The notes under the pieces: model-generated
The model's input: only the letters and a program-made list of their open reading frames with translations
What the model was told of the DNA's origin: nothing
Databases searched by the model: none
Origin: a virus
Taxonomy: Duplodnaviria; Caudoviricetes
Reading direction: 5' to 3' (one strand)
Virus record (IMG/VR): IMGVR_UViG_2974611114_000001
Location: 1 to 64,000 of that record
DNA: 64,000 bases
Program-made: the position numbers and the translations under genes
In this document: piece after piece, positions 1-10,287 of the stretch
Position numbering within the stretch: the first letter of the stretch is position 1
How the letters are laid out: every line of letters starts with the position of its first letter

Positions 1-14
1 CAATTTATACATAT

Positions 15-43
15 ATTATATAATAAATATAGTATGTTGTCAA
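15..43 (-). promoter_or_regulatory. sigma70-type promoter pointing leftward out of the window (divergent from terS)
   Basis: Minus strand TTGACA-17 bp-TATAAT, perfect consensus. Confidence 0.75.
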
Positions 44-66
44 ATACATTTATTAAGGAGAACGCC

Positions 67-558
67 ATGACTACTGCGGTAGCAAACCCAGATTCTTTAG
101 TTCCGGACTTAGTGGCACCGGAGCATATGGAATTTATTGATGCATATTTTGAAAACGGAACAGATTTAAAGAAGGCAGCTTTAGCATTAGGTATACCAGA
201 AAAGACTGCTATGGCTATATATAAAAAGCCTGAAGTATCAAACTATATTTCCTCTATACTAATGGAGTCTGGATTCCTTAATAGGGGTAGATTCTTTGGT
301 CTCTATGATGAGATAATTAATAAGAAACTAGAGGAAATGAACGAAACAGGTATGGTTGCTCAGGAGAAAGATATAGTTGATATCCTAGAGAAACTACATA
401 AGATGAAGATGGCTGAGATGAAAATGATGATTGAGCTTGAAAAAGTAAGATCAGGTAATTCCACAACGCACCAAACTAATATTCAAGTAAACGCAGCAGG
501 TGCTATGGATCCTCAGTACGCTAACTTTATGGAGAAGCTAGTGAATATTGGTAAATAA
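67..558 (+). CDS. terS: terminase small subunit
   Basis: Immediately upstream of terL; HTH-like N-terminus and helical body. ATG at 67 with AAGGAG RBS is preferred over the track start at 34. Confidence 0.75.
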   Translation: MTTAVANPDSLVPDLVAPEHMEFIDAYFENGTDLKKAALALGIPEKTAMAIYKKPEVSNYISSILMESGFLNRGRFFGLYDEIINKKLEEMNETGMVAQEKDIVDILEKLHKMKMAEMKMMIELEKVRSGNSTTHQTNIQVNAAGAMDPQYANFMEKLVNIGK

Positions 559-560
559 AA

Positions 561-1907
561 ATGCAAGTATCAAGAGACTATGTTAACTGCGATAGATTGA
601 TAGACTTCCCACAGGAGGAAGCTTTCTTTAAACTACCTATCGCTAAATTCCTAGAAATGGAAGGGATAGTACCTAATAAACCACAGATAGCAATTCTTAA
701 TGCTCTTAATGATCCACGTCACCGTTTCGTGGTGGCTTGCGTCTCAAGACGCGTTGGTAAATCATTTATAGCATATAACAGTGCTTTCCTAAAACTAATG
801 GAACCAGGAACTATGGTTCTAGTGGTAGCACCAAACTACTCATTAGCAAACGTTGGCTGGAGAATTATCAAGCAATTAATTCGTAAGCATGGAATTAATA
901 CAGCTAAAGAGAATGCTAAGGATAATGAGATAGAACTGGACTTTGGACCAGGTGTTCCTGGTAGTATGCTTAAGATTGCCTCTGCAAATAACGCTGACTC
1001 TGCTGTTGGTCGCTCATATGATTTAATAGTATTCGATGAGGCTGCGATATCACCGAAGGGCGGAGACGCATTTGAGGTGCAACTTCAGCCGACCCTGGAT
1101 AAAGCTAACTCTAAAGCTCTATTTATATCAACACCACGTGGACACAACTGGTTTAAGAGGTTCTACGACTATGGATTCCAGATGGCTGGAGAAGGCAACC
1201 CTCTAGCGGGTAGATGGGTTAGTATACATGCTACTTATAGAGATAATCCTAGGGTAGATCTGTCTACTATTGAAGATGCTAGAAACAAAGTATCTAAGCA
1301 ATACTTCAGACAGGAGTATGAGGCTGACTTTGAAGTATTTGAAGGGCAAATATTTAGTGAGTTTGATTCCAGACTGCACGTGGTCGATCTTAAAGGTATG
1401 CGCCATTTCTTTGATAACAAAGATGACTTCGAGAGAATTTTTGGTATTGATATTGGTTTCCGTGATCCTACTGCAATCCTTACTATTTATTACCACTATG
1501 ATCAAGATATATTTTATGTTTTGAACGAGTATCAGCACGCTAATAAGACCACTGCTGAGCACGCTCAGTATATTCTGTGGTTAATGGAAAAGCACGATCC
1601 TGACTATATATTTGTAGATGCTGCGGCAGCACAATTCCGTCATGATATTAGCTTTGATTACGATATACCAAGTAGTCCTGCTAAGAAGTCAGTCAACGAT
1701 GGTCTAGCCTATTTGCAGAACCTATTCCATCAAGGCAAGATAATTGTCGATGCTAGTTGTACAAGTCTTATTAAGGCACTGACGGATTATAAGTGGAAGA
1801 TGGATGATGATGGCGTGCTTTCCAAGGAACGCCCTGTACATGATGATAGCTCCCACTTATGTGATGCTTTACGTTATGGTATATACAGTATTTCTAGAAA
1901 TATTTAA
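561..1907 (+). CDS. terL: terminase large subunit
   Basis: Walker A-like SRRVGKS, Walker B DLIVFDEAA, coupling motif ISTPRG, nuclease GIDIG and HLCDALRY; T5-type N-terminus MQVSRDY. Confidence 0.95.
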   Translation: MQVSRDYVNCDRLIDFPQEEAFFKLPIAKFLEMEGIVPNKPQIAILNALNDPRHRFVVACVSRRVGKSFIAYNSAFLKLMEPGTMVLVVAPNYSLANVGWRIIKQLIRKHGINTAKENAKDNEIELDFGPGVPGSMLKIASANNADSAVGRSYDLIVFDEAAISPKGGDAFEVQLQPTLDKANSKALFISTPRGHNWFKRFYDYGFQMAGEGNPLAGRWVSIHATYRDNPRVDLSTIEDARNKVSKQYFRQEYEADFEVFEGQIFSEFDSRLHVVDLKGMRHFFDNKDDFERIFGIDIGFRDPTAILTIYYHYDQDIFYVLNEYQHANKTTAEHAQYILWLMEKHDPDYIFVDAAAAQFRHDISFDYDIPSSPAKKSVNDGLAYLQNLFHQGKIIVDASCTSLIKALTDYKWKMDDDGVLSKERPVHDDSSHLCDALRYGIYSISRNI

Positions 1908-1916
1908 GGAGTAATA

Positions 1917-3977
1917 ATGGCATTTTATGCAAAGGGAGGGACAAACGCGTTCCTACATATAACTAAAGGTACGGATGCTAGGGGAGGGGTTAATGATGGT
2001 ACTATATTCCACTCCAGTATGCCCCATGTATTTATAGAGAAGAGTTGGGAGGCTAGTTTTAGACCTATAAAAACTGACTTCTCTAAGGCTTATTGGAACT
2101 ATGCTATTTGGTACTATGGTAATCAGCCCGGTGAGGGGTTTAATAAGCCAAACTCTACATTTAAGGATGCCTGGAACTCTGGTAGAGTAGCTAGTATACC
2201 AAAAGATTTACAGAATGAATTAGCTAATAAGTCCAATGTCATAGTAATAGAATTGGTGTATGAGCTAGGGGGTATAGAATATTCTTTCCTAGTGAATGGA
2301 TTATCAATTGGAAATACCAGCTGGCTATCTCCCAATAGAGACCAGTCATCTGGTTACCATAATTACGCAGTATCTGCTAATTCTACTAACGTTAACTGCA
2401 TTGCAGGTGGTATTGGTATAACCTACGGTAGTTTTGTAAACACCAATACTAATGATGATATCTTTGGTATGGCACGACTAGATTCGTTTGGTACTAGTAA
2501 TATAAACATAGTTACCCAAGTTCGGGATTCCTACCTTACAGGCTCGGATAAGTGGTACCATAGGGATATTATAAATGCCTGGTCTACTGTTATGCTATAC
2601 TCTAATAAGTGGGATCCTGAGATAACCTACCATAAGACGGATTTAGGTAAATTAGTCCCTACTCCAATCAGTCCTTACGGGCATGCTCATGATACTGCTT
2701 TCTCTACGCCAGTAGCTCCGGATATGGGGTACTGTAGAGTAATGGGGCCCAATCATAGAATATGGAGATTTATGGACGCGTACTCAACTCCCCCTATGTA
2801 TGATGATTATGATAATGGTGGTCCGTCTATAACTATAGAAAGTGGTACTCCGCAAAATAATTGGGGGTTTGGTACAGGAAGGACAGTAAGAGGAAGCCTA
2901 TTTGATGCTGGAGTAGATGAAAAGACATCAGAAAAGGGGGCTTATGTTAGATATTTAATATATAAAGGTACTCCCAAGAAGGTTCGGTGGTATAAGTTAA
3001 ATTTATCCTTTTCTATAGACAGCGGATATAATGTACGTACTAATGCGTTTAATACTACTAACTCTAAGGGTGTGCGAATAGGTTCAGGAAAGATGGAAGT
3101 TAATGGAGTATCTTTTCTAGGGGGCAGCAATAAGAGATTTATATTTCAGACCAACCCGTCAGGTGCCGCAACTAGGCAGGTACAAAGTCTAGTATTCTCA
3201 AACCATAGCTATACTGATGCAGGTAGGGCTAGTACAGAAAAAGGGTATATGCTGAAGCAGTCCGGAGTATCCCAAAGTTATAAAGTAGCAGATCTAGGGG
3301 GCACTAGTAGTCCAAGCGGAAATTCTGTATTATCTATATGTGATCTATCTAAAGGTACCGGATGGGGCTGCAACAGTACCTCTATATTTAATAGTAATGG
3401 AGAGTTGTGGGGCCCTAACAATATTCCGCTTACTATACGTGAAAATGCCACAGTAACCAAGAAATTTGGTGGGGCTAAGGGCCCTCTAGATATGAAAGAT
3501 AAGACTGCTACTATATCCCATGGTACATTAGCCCTTGGTTTAAGTAGATCTAGAGACACTACTATAATTTTTAATATAACATCTTCTGACCCGGTTATTC
3601 TATTTACATCTCCAGGTTATTACAGCTTAGGAATGTCTGAGAGCGTGGATCAACATATACAATTAGTTAATGATAAGGGACTCTCAGTAAGTTCACCACA
3701 TGGAATAGTTACACTCCCTATAGGAAGGTCTGTACCTATAGTAGCTAATAATGGACTATCTACCAACCTATTTGAGAATTATGATAGGGGATCAGGCAGA
3801 GAACGCCTATTCTCTGATTGCCACCACGACTCAGTAGTATGGTTGAAGAATCTAGGTAACGGTAATGTAGAGATAGTATCTACCCATACTCAACGTAGGG
3901 GTAGATTTGCGGATTGGGGAAACCTACCTGTATACGCTATCCCTGAATTTACATTACATGTAACTAAATTATCATAA
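1917..3977 (+). CDS. receptor-binding protein (T5 pb5-like)
   Basis: N-terminal TIFHSSMPHV and C-terminal PEFTLHVTKLS resemble the conserved ends of T5 pb5; similar size; Gly/Ser/Asn-rich beta composition. Confidence 0.8.
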   Translation: MAFYAKGGTNAFLHITKGTDARGGVNDGTIFHSSMPHVFIEKSWEASFRPIKTDFSKAYWNYAIWYYGNQPGEGFNKPNSTFKDAWNSGRVASIPKDLQNELANKSNVIVIELVYELGGIEYSFLVNGLSIGNTSWLSPNRDQSSGYHNYAVSANSTNVNCIAGGIGITYGSFVNTNTNDDIFGMARLDSFGTSNINIVTQVRDSYLTGSDKWYHRDIINAWSTVMLYSNKWDPEITYHKTDLGKLVPTPISPYGHAHDTAFSTPVAPDMGYCRVMGPNHRIWRFMDAYSTPPMYDDYDNGGPSITIESGTPQNNWGFGTGRTVRGSLFDAGVDEKTSEKGAYVRYLIYKGTPKKVRWYKLNLSFSIDSGYNVRTNAFNTTNSKGVRIGSGKMEVNGVSFLGGSNKRFIFQTNPSGAATRQVQSLVFSNHSYTDAGRASTEKGYMLKQSGVSQSYKVADLGGTSSPSGNSVLSICDLSKGTGWGCNSTSIFNSNGELWGPNNIPLTIRENATVTKKFGGAKGPLDMKDKTATISHGTLALGLSRSRDTTIIFNITSSDPVILFTSPGYYSLGMSESVDQHIQLVNDKGLSVSSPHGIVTLPIGRSVPIVANNGLSTNLFENYDRGSGRERLFSDCHHDSVVWLKNLGNGNVEIVSTHTQRRGRFADWGNLPVYAIPEFTLHVTKLS

Positions 3978-4041
3978 AACTATTTTTACGTATATTTAAC
4001 TAACTAAGCAGAGTTTCATATCCTCGAAATATAAACTCTGC

Positions 4042-4070
4042 TTTACATTTTTTTCAAGATGATGTATAAT
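4042..4070 (+). promoter_or_regulatory. sigma70-type promoter for the head operon
   Basis: TTTACA-17-TATAAT; preceded by an 11-bp inverted repeat AAGCAGAGTTT/AAACTCTGCTT. Confidence 0.7.
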
Positions 4071-4097
4071 ATTTATATCAAGTGAGGAAAACAACTC

Positions 4098-4634
4098 ATG
4101 GCAACAAATAATAAATACAAACGGGATGCGACTAGAGCAATAAGAGACGGTATAAAGTCCAATTATCGAAAAGATCCCGAATGTAAGATCTGTGGTACTG
4201 TAGAAGACTTAGAGCTTCACCACTACCATACGGTGTCCATACTGGTAGAAAACTTTGCCAGAGCAAATCGCTTAGATTTCAATAATGAAGAAGTAGTCCT
4301 AGCTAATAGGACGGCATTCTATGAACAATATTGGCATGAGCTAGTAGAGGACACCGTTACCCTTTGTGCAGACCATCACCAAAAACTACATAAGGTCTAC
4401 ACGAAAAAACCACCACTGTTCACAGTAGAAAAACAAAAGAACTGGGTGGAAATCCAACGAACCAAATATATAAATGGAGGAGAAGACAAAGAGCTTCCCC
4501 CAATTAATAGTCACTGCATCGAACCCAGTGGCGCAACAGCTACAAAGTCTTCGAACCGCTTTGATGCTGAAACAACTAAAAATACAAACTTTCTCGACTT
4601 TAGGGTTGAGACAAGAACGAGGTTTCTGATATAA
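4098..4634 (+). CDS. HNH-type nicking endonuclease
   Basis: CKICG...LELHH...TLCADHH zinc/HNH motifs; located before the portal gene as in T5. Confidence 0.8.
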   Translation: MATNNKYKRDATRAIRDGIKSNYRKDPECKICGTVEDLELHHYHTVSILVENFARANRLDFNNEEVVLANRTAFYEQYWHELVEDTVTLCADHHQKLHKVYTKKPPLFTVEKQKNWVEIQRTKYINGGEDKELPPINSHCIEPSGATATKSSNRFDAETTKNTNFLDFRVETRTRFLI

Positions 4635-5905
4635 TGGGAATATTGACAGACGTAAAGGCAGGACTTTCCTCACTAAGAAGGAAATCCAACGCCCCAGGTC
4701 AACGTATAATCAGAAGCGTAGAGGGAAATAGCTCAAAGACACTTACTAATGCTGTTACAGCTACCAAAGCTTATAGGAACGTTCCTATTATGAATAGAGT
4801 AGCGAACATGCTTATAGATAGTGCAGCTCAATGTAAGTATGATGTTGAGAAATTTGCTACCAGAAATAACTATATAAGCTATGGTTCAGGTATGCAAATG
4901 GAATCTTTGTCAAAACTACTCAATGTAAGACCGAACCCTTACATGGATGTAGATACTTTCAGACGTCTAGTGATTACGGATCTTATATTTAATGGATGTG
5001 CATATATTCGTTTTGATCCTGAATCAAAGTCGTTGTACCCTCTTCCTGCAGCCCTTATGACAGTGGTTGCCTCTGAAACTGAATATGTAGACCATTTTGT
5101 ATTAAGTGGTACGGTTAAGATACCTGTAGATCAGATTATATTCATTAAGGATAATGCTATCTTTAATGGTTATACCTCTCAGATTAGCGGACAAAGTCGT
5201 GCTCAGTCAGCTCTAGATTCCCTATCTAAAAGGGAACAAATGCTGGGATTTAAGGAGAAGTATCTAAATAATGGTACTGTTATTGGTCTTATATTGGAGA
5301 CGGAAGATATCCTTAACAAGAAGCAACGAGAAAGAAAAGAAGAAGAATTGCAATTAAACTATAATCCTCAGACTGGTAATGCCTCAGTATTAATTCTGGA
5401 CGCCGGTATGAAAGCTAAACCATATTCGCAAATCTCTTCCTTTAAAGATCTAGACTTTGGAGCTGATATCGCCCGTCAAGAAAAAGACGTATGTATAGCA
5501 TTAGGTGTGCCATACATCTTAATTGATGGTGGTAATAATGCAAATATTCGTCCTAATATAGAACTTCTATACTACATGACTATTATACCTATGCTAACAA
5601 AAGTAGCAAGTGCACTTTCGTTTTTCTTTGGGTATAATATAACTCCTTCATTAGATGGTGTTAAAGCCTTGAAGCTTGACATGGATAATGAGGCTAAGAG
5701 AGTAACATCTCTAGTTAACAACGGTATCATTACAGGTAATGAAGCCAGACTCGAGTTAGGTATGGAAAAACTTGAAGACGAACAAATGGAAACCATACGT
5801 ATACCTGCAAATATCGCTGGATCGGCTACAGGAGTATCCGGTCAAGAAGGCGGTCGTCCAGCAGGTCAGACGGACAATGATGAGGAGGAAAAGTCTAATG
5901 TATAA
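4634..5905 (+). CDS. portal protein (pb7-like)
   Basis: HK97-type portal motifs (LLNVRPNPYM, GIITGNEARLELG); synteny. Confidence 0.93.
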   Translation: MGILTDVKAGLSSLRRKSNAPGQRIIRSVEGNSSKTLTNAVTATKAYRNVPIMNRVANMLIDSAAQCKYDVEKFATRNNYISYGSGMQMESLSKLLNVRPNPYMDVDTFRRLVITDLIFNGCAYIRFDPESKSLYPLPAALMTVVASETEYVDHFVLSGTVKIPVDQIIFIKDNAIFNGYTSQISGQSRAQSALDSLSKREQMLGFKEKYLNNGTVIGLILETEDILNKKQRERKEEELQLNYNPQTGNASVLILDAGMKAKPYSQISSFKDLDFGADIARQEKDVCIALGVPYILIDGGNNANIRPNIELLYYMTIIPMLTKVASALSFFFGYNITPSLDGVKALKLDMDNEAKRVTSLVNNGIITGNEARLELGMEKLEDEQMETIRIPANIAGSATGVSGQEGGRPAGQTDNDEEEKSNV

Positions 5906-6413
5906 GGAAATTGACAAAGAACTTATTAGTAAATTGAAGGAAGTGTTTCCAGCAGGTCTACCAGATAGTTCTAGCTTATTCTTTGCTACTGAGGCAAACC
6001 CAATTAAGTCGTATCAAGAGCTCAGACGCGCACTTGGTGTTACTACAGCTGTAGGTAATAGAAAATGCTACAAGGCGTTAATGGCACTACTAGATGTAGA
6101 AGATCCCGTAGAGCCTGAGCCAGAACCGGAGCCTGAACCAGAACCTGAACCAGAGCCAGAACCTGTTAAAGTTACTTTAAAGATTATAGGTAACGATACA
6201 GTTGTAGAGGGTGAGGAGTATTCATTTGATGTACGTGCAGATGGCGGGGCAGCCAATAATACTGTAGTTAAAGTTAATGGGGTTGTTAATAATAAATATA
6301 AAGTAGTTGCAGAATTGCCTACTATTACTATAGAAGCTACAGCAAGTAACGCGGATAAAGTAACTAAAGTTGTTACTGTTACAGCTAAGCCACAACCAGA
6401 GGAAACAGAATAA
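5898..6413 (+). CDS. capsid decoration protein (pb10-like), helical N-domain + PE linker + Ig-like C-domain
   Basis: ATG at 5898 with GAGGAGG RBS; lies between portal and protease; beta-rich C-terminus. Confidence 0.75.
   Translation: MYKEIDKELISKLKEVFPAGLPDSSSLFFATEANPIKSYQELRRALGVTTAVGNRKCYKALMALLDVEDPVEPEPEPEPEPEPEPEPEPVKVTLKIIGNDTVVEGEEYSFDVRADGGAANNTVVKVNGVVNNKYKVVAELPTITIEATASNADKVTKVVTVTAKPQPEETE
6111..6164 (+). repeat. (Glu-Pro)x9 linker repeat
   Basis: GARCCN x9 tandem hexamers. Confidence 0.95.
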
Positions 6414-7018
6414 TGGAAAGAACACAAGCCAGAGTTCTTGCCAGTATTACTAAGTCTGTATTGTCTGATTCTGGTGACACGATCACTATAACAGGGTACG
6501 CTAGCACTGTATCCAAAGATAGGGCTAGCGATATAGTTCCTGCTAGTGCATGGGAAATGCCAAAAGCACTAGGCAATTATATGAAGAACCCTATTATATT
6601 ATTCGGACATGATCATTCTAAGCCTATTGGCAAGGCGGTAGAGCTAACGCCTACACCTGCAGGACTGCAAATAACGGCGGAGATTCACAGAAAAGCCTGT
6701 GGTGATCAGCTATTCGCAGCAATTGAGGCAGGAATTCTAAAAACATTCAGTATTGGATTTGGAGTATATGATGCAGAATATGATTATGACCACGATATCT
6801 TTATATTAACAGAGATAGAGCTGTGGGAGGTATCTGTAGTATCAGTACCATGTAATCAGGACTCTACATTCGAAGTATCTAAAGCAATGACTGGGAAAGA
6901 TTTTGAACAGTTCAAAGAACAGTTCAAGACAAAAGCAGCATTACCAGAGCCAGGTAATCTTAGTAACTTTAAAACCGCCGAAGAGTTGGCAACATACCTA
7001 CTAACAGGTAGAAGATAA
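6413..7018 (+). CDS. prohead protease
   Basis: HK97 protease motifs ITGYAST, ILFGHDH, FSIGF, ELWEVSVVSVPCN. Confidence 0.95.
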   Translation: MERTQARVLASITKSVLSDSGDTITITGYASTVSKDRASDIVPASAWEMPKALGNYMKNPIILFGHDHSKPIGKAVELTPTPAGLQITAEIHRKACGDQLFAAIEAGILKTFSIGFGVYDAEYDYDHDIFILTEIELWEVSVVSVPCNQDSTFEVSKAMTGKDFEQFKEQFKTKAALPEPGNLSNFKTAEELATYLLTGRR

Positions 7019-7030
7019 GGAAATTAAAAG

Positions 7031-8455
7031 ATGGGTGACAAAACTCAAAATCCTATTGATGAACTAATCAAATCTTTGGGTCTAGATGAGATCAAGAAGT
7101 CTTTAGAAGATATTAATAAAGAGAAGGCTCTGGAAGCAGAAAAAGCTCGCAAAGCTCAAGAAGAAGAAGCATTCCAGGCTAAGGTTAAAGCTTTAGTTGA
7201 TAGCCAAGTTGGTGAGCAAAAAGCTCAGTTACTGCAAGCATTAGAGCTGGTAAAAACCCTACAACAAACATCTACTAAGTCAGCCGAAGAGTTTGCTAAG
7301 ACTCTAGAGGAAAGACAAGAAGAAGTCTTAGCCCTCAAAGAGCAAGTTAAACAACTTAACGCACTTCGCTCAGGTCGTGGTACTGTAGATGTGAATCCAG
7401 TAACAAAAGCACTAATGGGTACGCAGAAGGACTTCGAAAAAGAAGCAGAAGACTTAGTGCTGTTATCTCGTATCGTTAAGAAAGGCGTATTCGAGACTGA
7501 ACATGGTAAGGCTCACTTAGAGAAGTATAAAGATATCGTTGTTAGTGGTACGGGCGTTAACGAATCAAGCTCTCTAGTTGTATCCTCAGAAGCGTATGAG
7601 ACACTGTTCAATACCAGCATTCTGCGTGACATCCAGAAAGAGTTAGTAGTTGCAAGCCTGTTTACAGAGCTTCCAATGACTCAAGCTAACTTAACAATGC
7701 CAATCGAAAGTGGCCCAGCACAAGCTAAGTGGGTTGATGCTAACACTTACGGTAAGCCAGAAACTACAGGTGAGTGGGCGAAGACTGAATTAACAGAAAT
7801 CAACTTCCGTACTTACAAGTTATCTGCTAAAGCATTCGTAACTGATGAAACAACTGAAGATGCTATAATCGTTGTTCTTCCTATCATCCGCCGTCGTTTA
7901 GTTGAAGCTCATGCTTATACTATCGAACAAACATTTATGACAGGTTCAGGTACTAACATGCCAGAAGGTCTGTTAACAATGGCTAAGGCTGATAGTCATG
8001 TGATTAGTACTGAGGCATCTGCTGATGGTACTGTACAAGTTACAGCTAAGATGTTACACAAATTACGTCGTACTTTAGGACGTAAAGGTATTAAACTTAA
8101 TAAGTTAGTTCTAGTAATCTCTATGGATGCGTACTACGATCTGTTAGAAGATGAAGAATTCCAAGACGTAAGTCAAGTGGAGGCAGCTAATGCGGTTAAG
8201 TTAACTGGTCAAGTCGGTCGTGTATACGGTATGCCGGTTGTAGTTTCTGAATTCTTCCCTAATAAGGAAGCAGGCGCAGCTTACGCATTCATCGCTTATC
8301 GTGATGACTTCGTAGTTCCTCGTCAGCGTTCAGTAACTATCGAAGAAGAGCGTGTAGCAGAATCACAACGCTACAACATCTACGTTACACAACGTCTGAA
8401 CTTACAACGTTTCTTCAAGGGTGACAACATCGTTGCAGCAGCGTATAAGGCTTAA
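7031..8455 (+). CDS. major capsid protein with N-terminal scaffolding delta domain (pb8-like)
   Basis: Coiled-coil N-terminus, HK97-fold motifs (GQVGRVYGMPVVVSE); highly-expressed codon bias. Confidence 0.95.
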   Translation: MGDKTQNPIDELIKSLGLDEIKKSLEDINKEKALEAEKARKAQEEEAFQAKVKALVDSQVGEQKAQLLQALELVKTLQQTSTKSAEEFAKTLEERQEEVLALKEQVKQLNALRSGRGTVDVNPVTKALMGTQKDFEKEAEDLVLLSRIVKKGVFETEHGKAHLEKYKDIVVSGTGVNESSSLVVSSEAYETLFNTSILRDIQKELVVASLFTELPMTQANLTMPIESGPAQAKWVDANTYGKPETTGEWAKTELTEINFRTYKLSAKAFVTDETTEDAIIVVLPIIRRRLVEAHAYTIEQTFMTGSGTNMPEGLLTMAKADSHVISTEASADGTVQVTAKMLHKLRRTLGRKGIKLNKLVLVISMDAYYDLLEDEEFQDVSQVEAANAVKLTGQVGRVYGMPVVVSEFFPNKEAGAAYAFIAYRDDFVVPRQRSVTIEEERVAESQRYNIYVTQRLNLQRFFKGDNIVAAAYKA

Positions 8456-8462
8456 TGCCGAG

Positions 8463-8489
8463 AAAGGAGAGCTTCGGCTCTCCTTTTTT
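8463..8489 (+). terminator. intrinsic terminator after the capsid gene
   Basis: AAAGGAGAGC-TTCG-GCTCTCCTTT plus T run. Confidence 0.9.
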
Positions 8490-8503
8490 ATTGGGTAAAA
8501 TAA

Positions 8504-9004
8504 ATGATATTATCAGAAGAAGAGTACAAAGAATTTATGGAGCTTAAGAAGCCTCTAGAAGCTCACGTAAGGGCAGCACTTGTTGCTGCGAATGATACTA
8601 TCGCCAAGACATTAAATCGTAGTGGTACAGGAAGCGCACTACTGAGCGTACGTGAAGGTAGAGATACTTACTTTATAGATGAGGTAACAGACGTTGAGAT
8701 AACCTCTATAACTAAAGTAGGCTCCACTTTTGAATTAAAAGGTAATGCTGTATATGTGGGCAATGGTAAGATCATCTTTACTATTGTACCACCTACTGGC
8801 AACTACATAGTTAAGTATACAGCTAAAGGTGAAGAGTACTCTGCCAATATAAAGCACGCAGTAGCGCTACTAGTAGATTATTGGGTTAGTAAGGATTACA
8901 GAACTGCCAAATCAATAGGTAGTGAGTCAGTATCTTTTACTATACAGTCCACTGGGCTACCTAAGCATATTAGAACGTTATTGGATCTAGAAAGGATATT
9001 ATAA
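8504..9004 (+). CDS. head completion protein
   Basis: Synteny; AVALLVDYW...GLPKHIRTLLD head-tail adaptor motif. Confidence 0.8.
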   Translation: MILSEEEYKEFMELKKPLEAHVRAALVAANDTIAKTLNRSGTGSALLSVREGRDTYFIDEVTDVEITSITKVGSTFELKGNAVYVGNGKIIFTIVPPTGNYIVKYTAKGEEYSANIKHAVALLVDYWVSKDYRTAKSIGSESVSFTIQSTGLPKHIRTLLDLERIL

Positions 9005-9777
9005 TGTCTTTTAGTGATATAGCTAAGCAGGTTATAGAGGCGTCTTTCGGACAAGGACCCGGTAATAAGCAGGATAAAATAACATATACTGTAGACGTAG
9101 GCTTGCAGGATAAAGGAAGGGATGCCACAACAGCAAAGGCTACATTTGAGTTCAGCAAACCTATATCACTAGACATGTTAAACTCAAAATCTCCAGCCAT
9201 GCTGAGTGCATTAATGAAGTCCTACGATGTACAATCTGATATGGATAATATATCCGCACTTTTTGCTAAAATATTAGGGTCAGATAAAGCATTAAAAAGC
9301 GTAGGTAAGAAAAGAACCACAGGCTCTGTTAGGGTATTCCTAGGGGACCCTGCGAGTACTGCTCCGCAAGATAACGCAGCGGTTAGAACTATTACTGGTA
9401 GATTTGCATCAAACCTAAATATGCGTTCAGCTCTAGAGTTACTAGCCAAGCACTACTTAGCTATGGAAATGCAGAAAGGTAGTGCACACCTTAAATGGCG
9501 TACTGGTAGGTTTGCAAACTCACTGAAGATTAAGACATTAGGAGTTATTAATACATCAGGAGTTGATAGTGTAAATCCACAAGCTAATATAAGCTATAAT
9601 TATATGCGCAGACCTTATGCAGTATTCGACCCCGCAGTATCCACGTATCATAAATTATCGCTAAAGCCTTTTAGTGGTGCCAGAAACCCACAGAGGCTGA
9701 TAGGTGAAGCTATAGCAAAAGCAGCCAGAGATCTTCTATACTCCAAGTACGAAGTAACTGTAAGAGAGGGCACATGA
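9004..9777 (+). CDS. tail completion protein
   Basis: Synteny; LKWRTGRFANS and GARNPQRLIGEAI motifs of T5-like proteins. Confidence 0.8.
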   Translation: MSFSDIAKQVIEASFGQGPGNKQDKITYTVDVGLQDKGRDATTAKATFEFSKPISLDMLNSKSPAMLSALMKSYDVQSDMDNISALFAKILGSDKALKSVGKKRTTGSVRVFLGDPASTAPQDNAAVRTITGRFASNLNMRSALELLAKHYLAMEMQKGSAHLKWRTGRFANSLKIKTLGVINTSGVDSVNPQANISYNYMRRPYAVFDPAVSTYHKLSLKPFSGARNPQRLIGEAIAKAARDLLYSKYEVTVREGT

Positions 9778-10271
9778 TAGCATCAGCATCTGCTAGAATA
9801 GCAATTGTTAATTCAATGAAAGCTCTTCTAGCCAATACTCTGGATGGCACTAATCCAGAGTTCACAACCAATCTAGATGGGTTAGTATCTAGCCTACCTA
9901 AGAGGTTTGAAGATATAAAAGAGTTTCCATATGTGGTTATATACCCAGGAGACGAAAGTTTTGAATACTTACCTAGTGCTCAGCAATGGAGTTACTTTGA
10001 TGTAAGTATATTAATCTACACACGTCAAGCAGATGATGAAGAAAGGTTGATTGAGCAGGAAAGTCTCATATCCGATATAAAAACTCTTCTTGACATGAAT
10101 CCAAAGATAAGATATAATGTTACTAGTAGTGGAGAAAATATACCTATGCACACGACTGATGTTAAGGTTGGTAGTGTTTCCACGGATAAGGGACTATTCG
10201 CACCTTTTGGATTTGCAGAATTAACATTAACAGTTAAATACCAACCAATGAGACGCGTCTTTAACGAGTGA
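9774..10271 (+). CDS. tail terminator protein
   Basis: Synteny before the tail tube gene; EFPYV, STDKGLFAPFG. Confidence 0.8.
   Translation: MIASASARIAIVNSMKALLANTLDGTNPEFTTNLDGLVSSLPKRFEDIKEFPYVVIYPGDESFEYLPSAQQWSYFDVSILIYTRQADDEERLIEQESLISDIKTLLDMNPKIRYNVTSSGENIPMHTTDVKVGSVSTDKGLFAPFGFAELTLTVKYQPMRRVFNE
10090..10118 (+). promoter_or_regulatory. internal sigma70-type promoter driving the tail tube gene
   Basis: Perfect TTGACA-17-TATAAT inside the tail terminator CDS. Confidence 0.8.
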
Positions 10272-10287
10272 TAAGGAGAACAGTTAA

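Noticed and set aside
5772-5897. Track's extended N-terminus of the decoration protein
   Set aside because: Overlaps the portal gene; a strong RBS supports ATG 5898
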